From a virus, in the IMG/VR virus record IMGVR_UViG_3300010383_000012: a stretch of DNA of 61,308 bases; one strand, given 5' to 3'. A program made the translations under genes and the position numbers. Below, piece by piece: positions 59,473-61,308 of this stretch. How positions within the stretch are numbered: position 1 is the first letter of the stretch; every line of letters begins with the position of its first letter. Under the pieces are notes generated by a model. The model was not told the origin of the DNA and ran no database searches. It saw nothing but the letters and a program-made list of their open reading frames with translations.

Positions 59473-60098
59473 GCGAGTACCCTCCTAAATTCAACCACCC
59501 ATACCCACGGGTCCGCAAACCACGATCCCTTGCCATTTAGCTGCTCCCACAACTGTGCGTAGGAAAAGGTGTAGGGGTAGATAGGATCGCCGTCGCCGCG
59601 CTTCTCGACTCCTTCGGCCATAGCGTCGCTTTCGCTGATGTCCTGCAGTCGCTCAACCCGCACGCCGGTCACCTTGAGCGTGATGCGCGACGCCACGCGC
59701 GGCATAAATATCGCGGGGCGCTTCCACCAGCCAGGTGCAACGCCCCCGCGATCGTGTGCCAACGGCACATCGGGTTCGTCCGCCGCGTATTGGTAGGCGC
59801 GATCGCACTCCTCCGTCATGTCGATGAAGTGCCACTCGTCACGACCTTTCTTCGCGCTATAGCGCGTCTCCCAACGGCCGTACGCGAAGAAGGTCTCACG
59901 CACGAGCAAGCGATCGCCGGCGAATCCATATGGGCTCAAATCGTTCTCGGCCAGCGCAACGTACTCAGGGGCGAAGCTGTCCGGCCGCAACAGTTCGAGC
60001 GCGTAACCCTTTACCGGACGGCGCGTCTGCCCTTTACGGCCGTCGAGCAGCGCGCGCACCATCGCGCCGCTGAAAAGAATCTGACCTTCTTTCACCAC
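59469..60098 (-). CDS. Hypothetical ASCH-like phage protein
   Basis: ILFSGAMVRALLDGRKGQTRRPVK is a conserved phage N-terminal pattern. Confidence 0.4.
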   Translation of the reverse strand: MVKEGQILFSGAMVRALLDGRKGQTRRPVKGYALELLRPDSFAPEYVALAENDLSPYGFAGDRLLVRETFFAYGRWETRYSAKKGRDEWHFIDMTEECDRAYQYAADEPDVPLAHDRGGVAPGWWKRPAIFMPRVASRITLKVTGVRVERLQDISESDAMAEGVEKRGDGDPIYPYTFSYAQLWEQLNGKGSWFADPWVWVVEFRRVLA

Positions 60099-60394
60099 TC
60101 ACCTCCCAAACCGTTGAGCTTCAGCAGCACGAACCGCACGTTCTGCAGGCTCGACTCTCGATAGATGCCGCGCGCGATCGCGCCGATTAGCCACAGCAGG
60201 TAGAGCCGTTGGTTCACGCGATAGAACGCTTCGAGCTGCGGCTTATCGGTCGGCGCGGGCCCGACCGCCGCGCAATGAGGCCGCAGCTTCTCCGGCAGCG
60301 CGGCGATCGCGGCCGCGTGCTGCTCGCGGACCTCGGCCATCGGGTCCGGCTGCGCTTCCTCGATGGGATGGCCGAATAAATCGAACTGGCTCAC
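60092..60394 (-). CDS. Hypothetical protein (100 aa)
   Basis: ORF with overlapping start and stop in the operon. Confidence 0.45.
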   Translation of the reverse strand: MSQFDLFGHPIEEAQPDPMAEVREQHAAAIAALPEKLRPHCAAVGPAPTDKPQLEAFYRVNQRLYLLWLIGAIARGIYRESSLQNVRFVLLKLNGLGGEW

Positions 60395-61308
60395 TCGGCA
60401 CCTCGCGGGAATTCATCATGCGTGCGGCCGTCGAGGTGGCGACCGGCAGTTTTCTTGCCGACGCGGTAGACAGTCGGCTCGTCGTCATAGGTCATGCCCA
60501 CGGATGCGCCCGGCGTCAGGGTGCTGAACTTCCATTCGCCGCCCCACCAGTCTGCGACACGTTCAGTGCGTTTCATCGAGCCACCGCAGTTCTCGCCGGG
60601 CGCCCACTCGCCCCATTGCTTGAACAGGAAGGGCACCCTCGCGGATTGGCATTGATCTCGCAGCGAGCTTGCCCAGTCAGGATGCATCGGCCGCGCGTCG
60701 CGGCCGCTTTCTCCGCCGCAAATCACCCAGTCGATACCATCGTCGTAGCCGGTCCAGCTTGCCAGTTCACCGCAATGCGGGCAGCGCGGCGCGACTTCAT
60801 CACCGTCGCTCGATGTCTCGACGGCGTCCGCGTCGACGTATTTTGAGTCAGGGCAAACGTCCATACAGGTGATGCCCGTCGGGTCCAGCCACCGCGTTAG
60901 ATCGATGGGGCCAAGCATCGGCTCAACACTCAGGAAACGGACAGCGGCCGGCACCTCGAGCAGCTTCGGAATGTCGCGGTCTGCCTCTTCCTGATTGACG
61001 ATCGTTGCGCCGATCCAGACGTTGTCATGAAGTCTCGGCTTTTCGCTGCATTCCAAGTCGAACTGGTACTGAGCAGCCTCGCTCACCATCGACATGACAT
61101 TGCCGATACGCTTCGTGAGCAGCAGCCAGTCGAGGTTCGGCGTCTTTTCTATCAGGTCAAACAGGTCTGCGCGCCATTGATGGTCGACGGTGTTGTCGAA
61201 CACGTCCGCGAGCGATGCGCAGAACACGCGCTGGCGCCGGCCGTGCGCGGCGAAGAACTCGTCGTGCGCGGCGTTCCATTGCAACGGCTTGCGCCAGTTC
61301 GCCGGCGA
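60391..61308 (-). CDS. Gp37/Gp68-family (DUF5131) protein, 3' portion; its 5' end is at 223..1
   Basis: The frame stays open to the window edge. The 55-nt overlap joins it to the ATG at 223. Confidence 0.8.
   Translation of the reverse strand, partial: SPANWRKPLQWNAAHDEFFAAHGRRQRVFCASLADVFDNTVDHQWRADLFDLIEKTPNLDWLLLTKRIGNVMSMVSEAAQYQFDLECSEKPRLHDNVWIGATIVNQEEADRDIPKLLEVPAAVRFLSVEPMLGPIDLTRWLDPTGITCMDVCPDSKYVDADAVETSSDGDEVAPRCPHCGELASWTGYDDGIDWVICGGESGRDARPMHPDWASSLRDQCQSARVPFLFKQWGEWAPGENCGGSMKRTERVADWWGGEWKFSTLTPGASVGMTYDDEPTVYRVGKKTAGRHLDGRTHDEFPRGAE
61254..61308. repeat. Terminal overlap, identical to 1..55
   Basis: Exact 55/55 identity with the first 55 nt. Confidence 0.9.

Overview
The window is a complete, circularly closed genome of a high-GC temperate phage or excised prophage with a contractile tail. 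The first 55 nt are identical to the last 55 nt, so the unique length is 61,253 bp. A Burkholderiales-type host is my guess from composition and gene content only; no searches were run, and all family calls come from motifs read by eye.

Layout:
- Early-left operon (minus strand). It starts at a PL-like promoter (15061-15089) and runs leftwards through small membrane/kil-like genes. Next comes a recombination module (Cas4-like nuclease, RecT, SbcC-like ATPase, DnaQ-type exonuclease). Then come a complete diversity-generating retroelement (DGR), a C5 DNA methyltransferase with about 8 tandem TRD-like modules, and a MazG-like gene. The operon crosses the contig junction, which splits a Gp37/Gp68 gene, and ends at DUF1643, a DUF4224 excisionase-like gene, a tyrosine integrase and attP (3' 45 nt of a tRNA-Pro).
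- Immunity region. A CI-type S24 repressor and a Cro-like gene flank an operator region. OL and OR share AGCA-N2-TGCT-type sites and near-identical promoters.
- Early-right operon (plus strand). It carries an SNF2 helicase-DNA methylase fusion, a DUF1376 replication protein with an internal ori-like palindrome and GA tract, RusA, NinB, a YbcO-like protein and a regulator in the Q position. A near-consensus late promoter and terminator follow, then a minus-strand HigBA cargo island.
- Late operon. terS/terL, portal, protease/scaffold, capsid, sheath, tube, a -1 frameshifted chaperone, tape measure and baseplate. Two fibre genes are interleaved with antisense O-acetylation cargo (an AT3 acyltransferase and an SGNH lipoprotein). 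The operon ends with lysis genes and a patatin-containing operon next to attP.

The stand-out is the DGR (3506-6087, minus strand). It has an RT with the DGR-clade IGNLSSQ motif, an Avd, a 90-nt AAC-rich template repeat, and two variable repeats at the 3' ends of two tandem small genes. All 21 TR/VR mismatches fall on template adenines. The two targets look like DUF1566/C-type-lectin-fold proteins with no signal peptide. They sit in the early operon rather than in the tail-fibre module, which is unusual for a phage DGR and may mark an undescribed use of targeted hypermutation.
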